From Armatimonadota bacterium (GTDB taxonomy: Bacteria; Sysuimicrobiota; Sysuimicrobiia; Sysuimicrobiales; Humicultoraceae): 33,060 nucleotides of DNA. Made by a program: the position numbers and the translations under genes. The stretch is from NCBI GenBank assembly GCA_037446215.1, contig JBBIJB010000021.1, forward strand, positions 1 to 33,060. Reading direction: 5' to 3'. Below, piece by piece: positions 17,611 through 29,385 of this stretch; positions within the stretch are counted from its first letter, which is position 1; the number at the start of each line of letters is the position of its first letter. The notes below the pieces were generated by a model, which saw only the letters and a program-made list of their open reading frames with translations, did not search any database and was not told the DNA's origin.

Positions 17611-18281
17611 CGCCGCGGCTCCACCAGGCCGTAGAGCGCCGTGACCGACTTGGCGGGCACCATCATGCCCGCCTCGGTCAGCGTCACGAAGCCGTCCAAG
17701 GCGCCCGACCGGCCGCAGTCCGACTCCGGGCCCGAGCCGCTCCCCGCGCCGACCGCGACCGCCAGCCGCAGCGCGCCGATCAGTTCCCGCTGCTGCTCGA
17801 GCGGCCAGCCGCCGAACCCGGGGGCCATCCTGGCTGTCAGGCGCAGGCCGCGCTCCCGGGCCTCCACGGCAAGCCGCTGCCGCACCATCCTCACCATCGC
17901 CTCTACGGCCGCCCATCCCGCGGAGTCGAGCAGCAGCCCCTCCAGGGGGTCGCCCGAGGCGAAGATCTCGGCCACGCGCCGCTCCAGTCGCGGTCCGATC
18001 GTAAGCAGCGTGAGTACTGCTTCCCTCGCGCCCGCGAGCCTCCCGGAGAGAGACGCGCTCTGAAACTCGACGCCGCCGCCCGGGGTCTCGAGAACGACCC
18101 TGCCCCCGATCTCGGCCGCGGCCACCGCCGCCGTCGAGACCCACGCGCCGGGCTCGGCCAGCCCTTCCGCCGCCTCGGCGGCCGAGCGGGCCGACTCCCG
18201 CACCTCCGGCGGGGCCGGCCTGTGGCGGCCGTACTTCAGCAGGCCGAGGACGACTCCGATATCTACCCGCGGTGCGCCCAT
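17607..18281 (-). CDS. Stand-alone B12-dependent methionine synthase activation (AdoMet-binding)-like domain
   Basis: TIG..LE, LLDSAG..AVE, RMAPGFGGWPLEQQ (cf. R.sPGYgd..l..Q), LTEAGMMVPAKSVTALYG. Start uncertain (18281 or 18341). Confidence 0.85.
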   Translation of the reverse strand: MGAPRVDIGVVLGLLKYGRHRPAPPEVRESARSAAEAAEGLAEPGAWVSTAAVAAAEIGGRVVLETPGGGVEFQSASLSGRLAGAREAVLTLLTIGPRLERRVAEIFASGDPLEGLLLDSAGWAAVEAMVRMVRQRLAVEARERGLRLTARMAPGFGGWPLEQQRELIGALRLAVAVGAGSGSGPESDCGRSGALDGFVTLTEAGMMVPAKSVTALYGLVEPRR

Positions 18282-18300
18282 CTCGAGGCGCCGCGCATAG

Positions 18301-20830
<2,530 letters not shown>

Positions 20831-20834
<4 letters not shown>

Positions 20835-21886
20835 GGCACCCTCCCGAACCAGGCCATCGACAGCCCTGCGCCGGTCAGCACCAGCACTCCGGCGGCAGCC
20901 GCGAGCAGCGCCGTCATCTCCGTGCGGCTGTGCTCCCACCCTATCGACCGCCCAAACTGCTCTCCGATCCTCCGCATCGCGGCGGCATCACCCAGGCGCA
21001 GGTGCTCTCCCCCGGTCCGCTGCGCCAGCGCCTGCAGCACCGAGGGGGCAAACGGCACGAGCACGAGCCTGCCCTCCCACCGCATCACCGCTCCGCTCCC
21101 GCTCCCCGCGGCGACCGTGTGCACCTTGACCCTCGCGTCCGCGGCAAGCGCCGCCGGGATGGTCGGGTCGACGCCCGCGTTCGCCACCCCGTCCGAGAAC
21201 AGGACGATCATGCCCGGGGGAAGGTCTTCGACCGAGGGAGGCGTTGGGGGCACCCCGGAAGAGGGTGGCCCGCCCAGAGGCGGCCTGCCGAAAGGATCGG
21301 GTGTGGCCTGGCCGCGCAGCCGCTCCAGCCGCTCACCCAGGAACTCGCGCCGCCCGGGCAGCGCGAACAGCCCCTCTACAATGGCCGCGCCGATCGCCGT
21401 GGACTGCTGGGGGCGTAGCCTGTCCAGCGCCTCCTCGAGGATAACCCGGCCCGTCGACGGCGGCGCGAGCAGCATTCCGGTGTCGCTGAACCCGATCAAC
21501 CCGACCCGTACCCCGCCGGGCAGGCCGCGCACGAAGGCGCGGGCCTCGGCCTTCGCCGCCTCGAGGCGGCTGGGCTTGATGTCGTCGCCCATCATGCTCT
21601 GGCTGGTGTCTATCGCCAGCATCACCGTGGCCCTGTTCGTTGGGAGCGGGATGGAGGCGACGGGCCGGCCCGCGCCGACCAGCAGCAGCAGGAGTGCGGC
21701 AAGGTACAGCGCGCTCGAGGCGCGCCGCCTCCGCCGGTAGGGGACGTCGACCACCCGGTCGATCAGATGGTCATCGGCCAGCCGGGTGCGGGCCTTCCGC
21801 TCCCGGATCCCGGTTCGAACCGCCAGCCACACCACGACGGGGACCAATGCGACTCCCCACAACAGCATGGGCCAGATGAACGTCAC
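20831..21886 (-). CDS. vWA domain membrane protein (BatA/BatB-like)
   Basis: MTFIWP, GRP, MIDAS DTSQSM...TAIG...FSDG, PSRLEAAK, C-terminal TM helix. Confidence 0.9.
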
Positions 21887-21926
21887 GGTCGGGTCTCCCT
21901 GCCTCCGGAGCGGGCCGGTTACGCAG

Positions 21927-21935
21927 ATGATACCA
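21927..21935 (-). promoter_or_regulatory. Candidate extended -10 promoter for the vWA pair
   Basis: Minus strand TGGTATCAT (TGn-TAnnnT) about 40 nt upstream of the start at 21886. Confidence 0.4.
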
Positions 21936-21940
21936 CGCGA

Positions 21941-22834
21941 TCAGAGTGACGCTCTCGATCCGCCCTGGTATTCCAGCGGCCGCGCCTGCCAGCCGCCCTC
22001 ATCCAGGAAGGCGGTCTCTGTGCACCCGAGGTCGCGCAGGAGCGCCTCGGCCCGGGCATACGAGTACGCCACCTGCCCCGGATGGTGGGCGTCGGAGGTG
22101 ACGACGACAGGGATCTCGAGATCGACGCAGCGGCGGACGATCCAGCCGCTCGGGTAGGGGCCGCCGTGCCCGCTCCTCCAGCCGGCCGTGTTGACCTCGA
22201 CGACGAGGCCCGCCCGCGCCACGGCCTCCAGCGTGGCTTCCACCTCTCCGATGTACCAGCTCGCGGCCTCGTCGAAGTACATCGAGTCGTGGTTCCAGCG
22301 CTTGGCCAGGTCGAGGTGCGCGAGGATCGGTGGGACCGTGCACCCCGTGGCCGCGCGGGTGGCCCACTCTGCCAAGGCTCGTACGCGAGTGTAGTACTCG
22401 GCAACCAGCCCACGGATGTTCCCGCCGAACAGCGTGAGGAGCCCGTACTCGAACTCCTCGCGCGCGCAGTCGAATGGTACCGGCACGCCGCCGTCCTCCA
22501 GGCCCAGATGGTGGACGCCGACCACAAGCAAGTCGGGATCGCACCCGGCGGCCGCTACGAGGATCTCGTCCACGTACTCCGGCAGGAAGTCGAGCTCGAA
22601 GCCCAGGTGCACCCTCAGGCGTCCCCGGTGCTCCTCGGCCAGGCTCCTGACCCCGGCGCAGTAGGCCGGCAGCTCTTCATGGCGCATGGCGTAGTCGCTC
22701 TGGAAGGGGAGCGGCGCGTGGCCGGACGCGCCCAGGGAGGCGATCCCGGCTTCGATCGCGGCCCTGGCGTAGTCGGCGACCTCGCCCACCCCGTCGCAGA
22801 ACCGGCTGTGGGTGTGGTAGCTCGTCGCGATCAC
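21941..22834 (-). CDS. PHP-domain phosphatase, histidinol-phosphatase HisJ/HisK family
   Basis: YHTHSRFCDG, HAP, GFELDF, GVH, AHLDL.K, EVNTAG, YP, TSDAHHP. Confidence 0.88.
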   Translation of the reverse strand: MIATSYHTHSRFCDGVGEVADYARAAIEAGIASLGASGHAPLPFQSDYAMRHEELPAYCAGVRSLAEEHRGRLRVHLGFELDFLPEYVDEILVAAAGCDPDLLVVGVHHLGLEDGGVPVPFDCAREEFEYGLLTLFGGNIRGLVAEYYTRVRALAEWATRAATGCTVPPILAHLDLAKRWNHDSMYFDEAASWYIGEVEATLEAVARAGLVVEVNTAGWRSGHGGPYPSGWIVRRCVDLEIPVVVTSDAHHPGQVAYSYARAEALLRDLGCTETAFLDEGGWQARPLEYQGGSRASL

Positions 22835-22983
22835 CCGGGGCGCTCCTCCAAAGGCCGCACGTTCCTGAACATCGCGAGCAGCAGTAGGTCGTAGACCGCC
22901 TTCAACCCGCCCCCGGCGAAGAACGGGACGCCGAGTCCGACCGCGGCCAGCAGGATGTTGGAGGGGAGGTGCGTGAAGACCAT
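22831..22983 (-). pseudogene. Remnant of an MFS transporter C-terminus with internal deletion
   Basis: MVFTHLPSNILL joined directly to PFFAGGGLKAVYDLLL..MFRNVRP.EE. From recall, both are conserved motifs of one MFS subfamily and are normally tens of residues apart. GTGA overlap with the PHP gene. Confidence 0.65.
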
Positions 22984-23187
22984 TAGAGGCCGGCCATCCT
23001 GAAGACTATCCTCCTCTGGAGCAGCGCCGACCCGCCGGGGAGCAAACCCTGCCTGCTTGAGGCATACGCCCCGGAGCCGGGTTCGGGGTGGGGGGAGGTA
23101 CGCACGCGGCTCTCTTCGCCGGGGCGCGCTGCACGGCCTGCGTCTGCCGCGGCCTCCACCCGATACCTGCGGCGCATCGCCGTCGGG

Positions 23188-23193
23188 TACAAT
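23188..23193 (+). promoter_or_regulatory. Candidate sigma70-type -10 element for the pfk pair
   Basis: TACAAT 31 nt upstream of ATG 23225. Confidence 0.45.
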
Positions 23194-23224
23194 AGAGGGT
23201 GTGCCATCTGAGAGGCGGCAGGCG

Positions 23225-24343
23225 ATGACGAGGAAGCGACGGATCGGACTCCTGACCGGCGGAGGGGACTGCGCCGGGCTCAACGCGGTGATCCGCGCCG
23301 TGGTGCTCTCAGCCGTGGGGAGTCACGGGTGGGAGGTCATAGGGATAGAGGACGGATTCGATGGGCTGCTGCACAACAGGATCCGCCCGATGCGGCGGGA
23401 GAGCGTGCGCGGCATACTCACTCAGGGCGGGACGATACTCGGGACGACCAATCGCGGCAACCCCTTCGCCTGGCCGGTGATCCACGACGGCCGGCACGAG
23501 GTGATCGACGCCTCGGGTACCGTGCTCGAGCGTCTCCAGTCGCTCGAGCTGGATGCGCTCGTTGTGATCGGAGGCGACGGGACGCTGCACATCGCCGAGG
23601 CGCTCATAAAGATGGGTGCGCCGATCGTAGGGATACCGAAGACCATCGACAACGACATCGCCGGCACCGACGTGACATTCGGCTTCGACACGGCAAGGGT
23701 GACCGCGACCGACGCGATAGACAAGCTCCACTCCACCGCCGAGAGCCACCACCGCATCATGGTCGTCGAGACGATGGGCAGGAACGCCGGCTGGATCGCG
23801 CTCGAGTCGGGCATAGCCGGGGGCGCCAACTGCATCCTCATTCCCGAGATCCCCTACAGCCTCGAGGCGGTGGTGGAGTCGGTCGAGTCACGCGCCGCGC
23901 TGGGGCGGAGGTTCTCGATCGTGGTGGTCTCCGAGGGAGCGCACCCGGCCGGCGGGACGCAGGTCTACCAATCCGCCGGCGGCCCGGGCACGCTGCCCAG
24001 GCTCGGAGGAATAGGGCAGCAGGTCGCGGGCTCCGTCGCGGACGCGACGAGGCGAGAGACCCGCTGCACGGTGCTGGGCCACCTCCAGAGGGGAGGCAGC
24101 CCGACCCCCTTCGATCGCCTGCTCGCCACCCGGTTCGGGGTGCACGCGACGAGGTGCATAGAGCAGGGGCTGCTGGGCAGGATGGTGGCCGTGGCGGGCA
24201 ACACCATCGTGGCAATCCCCATCAGCGAGGCGATCGCCGAGCCGAAGCGCGTGCCGCCGGACGGTGAGCTCGTGCAGACCGCGCGGGCGCTCGGGATGTC
24301 GGTAGGTGACGCGCCCGCAGACATGGAATCTGAGCGCAACTGA
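23225..24343 (+). CDS. pfkA: 6-phosphofructokinase, PfkA family, ATP-type signature
   Basis: LTGGGDCAGLNA, GGTILGT, IGGDGT, PKTIDND, ETMGR.AGW, LGHLQRGG. ATG 23225 with GAGG RBS. Confidence 0.93.
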   Translation: MTRKRRIGLLTGGGDCAGLNAVIRAVVLSAVGSHGWEVIGIEDGFDGLLHNRIRPMRRESVRGILTQGGTILGTTNRGNPFAWPVIHDGRHEVIDASGTVLERLQSLELDALVVIGGDGTLHIAEALIKMGAPIVGIPKTIDNDIAGTDVTFGFDTARVTATDAIDKLHSTAESHHRIMVVETMGRNAGWIALESGIAGGANCILIPEIPYSLEAVVESVESRAALGRRFSIVVVSEGAHPAGGTQVYQSAGGPGTLPRLGGIGQQVAGSVADATRRETRCTVLGHLQRGGSPTPFDRLLATRFGVHATRCIEQGLLGRMVAVAGNTIVAIPISEAIAEPKRVPPDGELVQTARALGMSVGDAPADMESERN

Positions 24344-24345
24344 CA

Positions 24346-24369
24346 GGCAAGGCCGTTCGGCGGCCTGCC
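24346..24369 (+). other. Intergenic stem-loop between the pfk paralogs
   Basis: GGC(A)AGGCCG-TTCGG-CGGCCT-GCC; no U-tract, so not called a terminator. Confidence 0.45.
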
Positions 24370-24389
24370 ACGGTCTGTGAGGAGGAGTC

Positions 24390-25415
24390 ATGAGAGTAGG
24401 GGTTCTGACAGGTGGTGGAGACGCGCCCGGCCTCAACGCTGCGATCCGGGCCATAACGCGGCGCGCCCTCGAGGGCGGCCATGAGGTGATCGGCATAAGG
24501 AAAGGGTGGCTGGGGCTGCTCGAGGGCGAGGCCTTCGTCCTTGACAGGGATAGCGTTTCGGGCATCCTTCACCGCGGCGGCACGATCCTGGGAACCTCGC
24601 GCACCAACCCCCTCAAGAAGGAGGAGGACACCTCTCGCCTGCTCTCCAACATCGAGCGGCTGGGCATCGACGCCCTCATCGCGATCGGCGGGGACGACAC
24701 CCTGAGCGTGGCGCTGGGGCTGCACAGGCTGGGCGTCAAGGTGGTGGGTGTGCCCAAGACGATGGACAACGACGTCCCGGGCACCGACTACACCATCGGA
24801 TTCGACACCGCCGTCAACATCGTGATGGACGCGTGCGACAGGCTCCACACCACCGCCGAGGCCCATCACCGCGTGATGATTCTCGAGGTGATGGGCCGGG
24901 ACGCCGGCTGGGTCGCGGCGGTGGGCGGGCTGGCGGGTGGGGCCGACATCGTCCTCGTCCCGGAGTCCCCGTTCACGATCGATGAGATCTGCGAGAGCGT
25001 CCGGAAGCGGCACTCCATCGGAAGGACGTTCAGCATAATCGTGGTGGCGGAGGGCGCCCGCCCAAAGGACTTCGGTGTCCAGGTGACCCAGGACGCGCGG
25101 GTAGATGCCTTCGGCCACATCAGGCTCGGAGGCGTCGGCGCCCTGCTGGCGCGCGAGGTAGAGGCGCGGACATCGTACGAGACTCGAGTGACCGTCCTGG
25201 GGCACATCCAGCGCGGGGGATCGCCCACCGTCTTCGATCGGGTGCTGGCGACCCGCTACGGCGTGGCGGCGATGGAGGCCGCCGAGGCGGGCCGGTTCGG
25301 GGTCATGGTGGCGCTTCGCGGGACGAAGATCACCACCATGGAGCTGGAGGACGCGCTCACAGGATCCAGCCCGCTCAGCCCGGACATCTACCGACTGACG
25401 CAGATGTTCCGCTAG
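24390..25415 (+). CDS. 6-phosphofructokinase, PfkA family, PPi-type signature
   Basis: LTGGGDAPGLNA, GGTILGTSRTNP, IGGDDT, PKTMDND, EVMGR.AGW, D.FGH.RLGG, LGHIQRGG; GAGGAGG RBS. Confidence 0.93.
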   Translation: MRVGVLTGGGDAPGLNAAIRAITRRALEGGHEVIGIRKGWLGLLEGEAFVLDRDSVSGILHRGGTILGTSRTNPLKKEEDTSRLLSNIERLGIDALIAIGGDDTLSVALGLHRLGVKVVGVPKTMDNDVPGTDYTIGFDTAVNIVMDACDRLHTTAEAHHRVMILEVMGRDAGWVAAVGGLAGGADIVLVPESPFTIDEICESVRKRHSIGRTFSIIVVAEGARPKDFGVQVTQDARVDAFGHIRLGGVGALLAREVEARTSYETRVTVLGHIQRGGSPTVFDRVLATRYGVAAMEAAEAGRFGVMVALRGTKITTMELEDALTGSSPLSPDIYRLTQMFR

Positions 25416-25437
25416 GCGTCGCGTCAGCTACCAGCGC

Positions 25438-26226
25438 CTATTTGATCAGGCGGCGGCGCATCAGCACGACGGGGAACGGAAACAGCACGCCTGTCACGAC
25501 GAGGATCCAGGCCAGGTCCACGGCGTGGGACCTCGCGAGCGTGCCCAGGGCGAGCGCCCGCGCCAGGTTCACCACGTGGGAGAGGGGCGTCAGCCAGGCG
25601 GCGGTGCCGACCCAGGCGGGCAGCGCGTCCAGCGGGAAGAAGATGCCGCTGAACATGAACATCGGCGTTATGAACAGCGCGAAGTAGAAGGTGTAGTAGT
25701 CGATGCTCGGGTTGACCGCCGTGAAGGTCATCGCGATCACCGAGAACATCAGCCCCGAGAGCAGGAAGAGCGGCGGGATCAGCAGCGCTAGGGGCGACCG
25801 GACGGTTCCGAACGCCGCGATGGCCGCGAGGAAGACGGTGCCGTAGAGCATGCTCCGCGTCGCCCCCCAGAATATCTCGCCGACCACCACATCCTCGACG
25901 GTCAGGGGCGTCGTTATCACGCCGTCGTAGGCCTTTTCGTAGTACATCTGGACGTAGGCGTTGTAGGTGCACTCGAAGGTGGCCCCGAACATCGCCGCCG
26001 TCGCGACAAGGCCGGTGGCCACGAAGGTAAGGTAGGGCAGACCGCCGATCGTGCTGATGTAGGCGCCGATTCCGAAGCCCATCGCCAGCAGGTAGATGAC
26101 GGGCTCCAGGAAGTTGACGGCGACCGACTCCGGGAAGATGCGCCTGAAGATGAAGGCGTTGCGCTGCCAGAATCTCAGCGCCCCCCTGGGAGAGAACAGG
26201 AGCGTCAACCCGCGACCGCTAGTCAC
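25438..26226 (-). CDS. ABC-2 permease, NodJ-like
   Basis: WQRN, EPVIYLLAMGFGIG, FE.TY, TPL...DVV.GE..W, TPMFMFSGIFFP, PL.H.V.L.R. Confidence 0.9.
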   Translation of the reverse strand: MTSGRGLTLLFSPRGALRFWQRNAFIFRRIFPESVAVNFLEPVIYLLAMGFGIGAYISTIGGLPYLTFVATGLVATAAMFGATFECTYNAYVQMYYEKAYDGVITTPLTVEDVVVGEIFWGATRSMLYGTVFLAAIAAFGTVRSPLALLIPPLFLLSGLMFSVIAMTFTAVNPSIDYYTFYFALFITPMFMFSGIFFPLDALPAWVGTAAWLTPLSHVVNLARALALGTLARSHAVDLAWILVVTGVLFPFPVVLMRRRLIK

Positions 26227-27163
26227 GCAGCATCCTTCCCGTCAGCTTCAGGAAGACGTCCTCCAGGGTGGCGTGACGGAGCGTCACGGCCTCCGCGACG
26301 ACGCCCTGCTCCCGGATCCGCCTGAGCGTCTCCTCGCCGTCCTGCGCGTAGAGCAGCAGCAGGTCGTCGTGGGCCTCGTGCACCTGGACCTCCTCGCCGG
26401 ATGCCTCGAGCGCACGCGAGAGCGCTTCGCGCCCGCCCGGGCCCTGCCCCACGCCGCGCAGCTCGACCACCTGGCGCCCCACGTGCCTCCGCACCAGGTC
26501 GGACGGCGCCCCCTCCGCGACGATCCCTCCTCGGTCCATGATCACGAGCCTGTCGCAGAGAGCGGCCGCCTCCTCCATGTAGTGGGTGGTGAGGATCTGG
26601 GTGACCCCGGTGCGCTTGAGCTGCCTGAGCTTCTCCCATGTGAGGTGGCGTGCCTGGGGGTCGAGGCCCGTCGTCGGCTCGTCCAGTATCATCAGCTCGG
26701 GCTGCGAGACAAGCGCCCTCGCGACCATTAACCGTCGCCTCATCCCTCCGCTCAGGTACTCGACCTTGTCCCTGGCCCGATCGGTCAGGCCCACGAAGTC
26801 GAGCAGCTCATCGGCCCGCAGATGCGCTACCCTCCAGGGGATGTCGAAGTAGCGCGCGAAGATGAGGAGGTTCTCGCGCACGGAGAGCGCCGTGTCCAGC
26901 GTGTTCTCCTGCGTCACCACCCCCATCCGCGCCTTGATCTCCCTGGGGCTCGTCCGGACGTCACGTCCGAGCACACTGAGCTCCCCTGCCGTCGGAGGCA
27001 GGACGCAGTAGATCATCTTCATCGCGGTGGTCTTGCCGGCCCCGTTGGGACCCAGGAAACCGAAGCACTCGCCGCGGCGAACCTCGAACTCTATGCCGTC
27101 CACGGCCACCAGGTCCCCGTATCTCTTCACGAGGCCCTTCGCCGTGATTACCGCGTCCGACAC
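26219..27163 (-). CDS. ABC ATP-binding protein, NodI-like
   Basis: GECFGFLGPNGAGKT, LSGGM, LDEPTTGLDPQARH..W, TTHYMEEA, LEDVFLKLTGR.LRD. Confidence 0.93.
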   Translation of the reverse strand: MSDAVITAKGLVKRYGDLVAVDGIEFEVRRGECFGFLGPNGAGKTTAMKMIYCVLPPTAGELSVLGRDVRTSPREIKARMGVVTQENTLDTALSVRENLLIFARYFDIPWRVAHLRADELLDFVGLTDRARDKVEYLSGGMRRRLMVARALVSQPELMILDEPTTGLDPQARHLTWEKLRQLKRTGVTQILTTHYMEEAAALCDRLVIMDRGGIVAEGAPSDLVRRHVGRQVVELRGVGQGPGGREALSRALEASGEEVQVHEAHDDLLLLYAQDGEETLRRIREQGVVAEAVTLRHATLEDVFLKLTGRMLRD

Positions 27164-27166
27164 CGG

Positions 27167-28207
27167 CTACCGGGTGAGCGTTACCTTGGTCAGTCCGCGC
27201 GGCCTGTCGGGGTTCAGGCCTCGGGCGACCGAGAGATGGTAGGCGAACATCTGGATCGCAGGGGCCGCGGCGATAGGGGCGAGCTGCTCGGGCAGCCCTG
27301 CGCCGGCGGTCACGTCTCCATCGCCCCCTCCGAGGTCGAAGGTCACTGTTGAGACTGACCGGGAGCGAAGCGCGCTCCAGAGCGCGCTCAGCCCCGGGAG
27401 GCTGCGACCCGGGGGCACGAGCAGGAGCACCGTGCTCTTCCTGTCCACCGCGGCTATAGGGCCGTGAAGCAGCTCCGCCGCGGAGATCGACTCGGCGGAG
27501 ACGTAGGAGGTCTCCTTGAGCTTGAGGGCCGCCTCGTCCGCGACACCGAGCATGTAGCCCCTGGTTGTAACGACCCAGCGCTCGCGCCTCGAGTAGCGCC
27601 TGGCGAGCCGGGCCGCTGTCGCCTCCTTGCCGAGCACCTCCGCGACGGCGCCCGGCAGCCGCACCAGGTGCTGGGCGAGCTCCCTGGACCGGCCCCAGCC
27701 CGCCACCAGCGCGGCCAGCATCGCCAGCGACGCCGTGAAGGTCTTCGTGGCGGCGACGCTGATCTCGGGACCGGCGTCCAGGTTCAACACGTGGGCGCAG
27801 GTCCGCGCCAGCGGGGACTGGGTGTCGTTTGTCAGGGCCAGCGTGAGCGCACCCTGCCTCCTCGCCTCGGCCATCACCTCGGTGACGTCCACCGACCGTC
27901 CCGACTGGGAGATCCCGACCACTGCGGCGCCCTTCCAGTTCGGCGTCGCCCCGTAGATCGTGGTCAGCGAGGGCATCGCGGTGCCCGTTGGGATCCTCAT
28001 CAGGGACTCGATCAGGTACTGACCGTAGATCGCCGCGTTGTGGGAGGTGCCCCGAGCCACGAACACCACGAGCCCAGGCTTCTGCCTGCGAAGGGCTCCC
28101 ACCGCCTTGCGGATGTCGCCTGACTGGGCCGAAAGCATCCGCTCGAGGGATGTCGGCTGCTCTCGCAGCTCGGCGAGCATAGCGTGCGTCGGGCCGGCTC
28201 TCCTCAC
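27167..28207 (-). CDS. SIS-domain protein (GlmS isomerase half only); probable glucosamine-6-phosphate deaminase type
   Basis: M..E..EQP, ARGTS, ISQSG.S.D, VAATKT, LKLKE, ELLHGP, G.NPD.PRGL.KVT; no glutaminase domain. Start GTG 28207 (GTGA overlap) or ATG 28180. Confidence 0.88.
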   Translation of the reverse strand: MRRAGPTHAMLAELREQPTSLERMLSAQSGDIRKAVGALRRQKPGLVVFVARGTSHNAAIYGQYLIESLMRIPTGTAMPSLTTIYGATPNWKGAAVVGISQSGRSVDVTEVMAEARRQGALTLALTNDTQSPLARTCAHVLNLDAGPEISVAATKTFTASLAMLAALVAGWGRSRELAQHLVRLPGAVAEVLGKEATAARLARRYSRRERWVVTTRGYMLGVADEAALKLKETSYVSAESISAAELLHGPIAAVDRKSTVLLLVPPGRSLPGLSALWSALRSRSVSTVTFDLGGGDGDVTAGAGLPEQLAPIAAAPAIQMFAYHLSVARGLNPDRPRGLTKVTLTR

Positions 28208-29211
28208 CCGGACGCTCCTGTCCCGAAGACCTCGGGGTTCACCGCGCAGGGTGTCTTCCTGCCGCTCAGTACCGCTATGACCGACTCCGCGCACGACCGC
28301 TCCATTCGGAGGAGCGTCTCGATCGTGTGCGAGCCCACGTGCGGCGTGGCCACTACCTGCTCCATGCCGGCCAGGGTGAGATCCCCGGGCGGCTCCTTGC
28401 CGAAGACATCCAGCGCGGCGCCCGCGATCACCCCTTCCCGCAGCGCCTCGATCAGCGCCGGCTCGTCGACCACGTCCCCCCGGCTCGTGTTGATCAGGAT
28501 GGCGGAACGCCTCATGCGCCGCAGAGCCGCGGCGTCGATCATCCCTCGCGTAGCCGGGGTCAGGGGCACATGGATCGATATGAAGTCGCTCTCGGAGAGC
28601 AGATTGTCAAAGTCGCAGAGCTCGGCTCCCAAGGCCGAGGCCGCCGCCTCGTCGGGCTTCAGGTCGCAGGCGATCACCCGCATCTCGAACGCCTCTGCCC
28701 TGCGGGCCACCGCCCGTCCGATCGCGCCGAACCCCACCAACCCGAGCGTCTTGCCGCAGACGTCGGTTGACGGGATCCTGTCCCACCCGCCGGCCTTCAC
28801 CATCCGATCGAGCAGGGGGATCTTCCGGGCCGCCGCCAGCAGCAGCCCGAAGGTGAGGTCGGCCACGGTCTCTGTCAGAGCGCCGACCGTTATCGTGACC
28901 GCCACCTTGCGGGCGGTGGCCGCCGCGACGTCGACGGTGTCGTAGCCGACGCCGCGACGCGCGACTACCCTGAGCCGCGGCGCCGCCTCGAGGACGCGGG
29001 AGGTGATGGGCTCTACCCCGGCTATGACTGCGTCCACGTCGCCCACGGCCGCCACCATCTCGTCCTCGGAGAGCAGCCCGTCCTTGGGGCTTGGCACCAA
29101 CTCGTACCCGGCGCCTCGCAGCATCTCAAGCGCCTGGTCGCCGGCCCTGCCGAAGCCCGGCGCCGATATGAGCACCCGCTGCCGCCCCTGGGATCCTTGC
29201 GTCTCGGCCAT
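28204..29211 (-). CDS. D-isomer-specific 2-hydroxyacid dehydrogenase (phosphoglycerate dehydrogenase-like, no ACT domain)
   Basis: GVGYD.VD, GLVGFGAIG, HVPLT..T, INTSRG, ALDVF..EP, TPHVG (R/E/H triad). Confidence 0.92.
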   Translation of the reverse strand: MAETQGSQGRQRVLISAPGFGRAGDQALEMLRGAGYELVPSPKDGLLSEDEMVAAVGDVDAVIAGVEPITSRVLEAAPRLRVVARRGVGYDTVDVAAATARKVAVTITVGALTETVADLTFGLLLAAARKIPLLDRMVKAGGWDRIPSTDVCGKTLGLVGFGAIGRAVARRAEAFEMRVIACDLKPDEAAASALGAELCDFDNLLSESDFISIHVPLTPATRGMIDAAALRRMRRSAILINTSRGDVVDEPALIEALREGVIAGAALDVFGKEPPGDLTLAGMEQVVATPHVGSHTIETLLRMERSCAESVIAVLSGRKTPCAVNPEVFGTGASG

Positions 29212-29385
29212 TCGCGGTCACCTTCCTTCTTCGCGGCGGCACGGGCGCCGCGGCGCGCCCTCGTGCCGGTCCTCGGGTCACAGCGGATCGGGAGAGGAGA
29301 TGGCTGTTCAGTCCTGGTATTACGCGCGTGGGGCCTCTTGCCCTGCCGGCATCCTGCTCGGCGAGACCCACCCAGGAGCGAGCCG

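Noticed and set aside
25438..28207. Nod-factor locus (nodIJ-like plus nodM/glmS-like)
   Set aside because: No nodABC, and the SIS protein lacks the glutaminase domain of NodM/GlmS.
29265..29325. glmS ribozyme (CCAGGACT...GAC..GAGG upstream of an operon with a GlmS-like gene)
   Set aside because: Lacks the AGCGCC cleavage-site segment and the downstream ATCG...GCGGAT core; the resemblance is partial.
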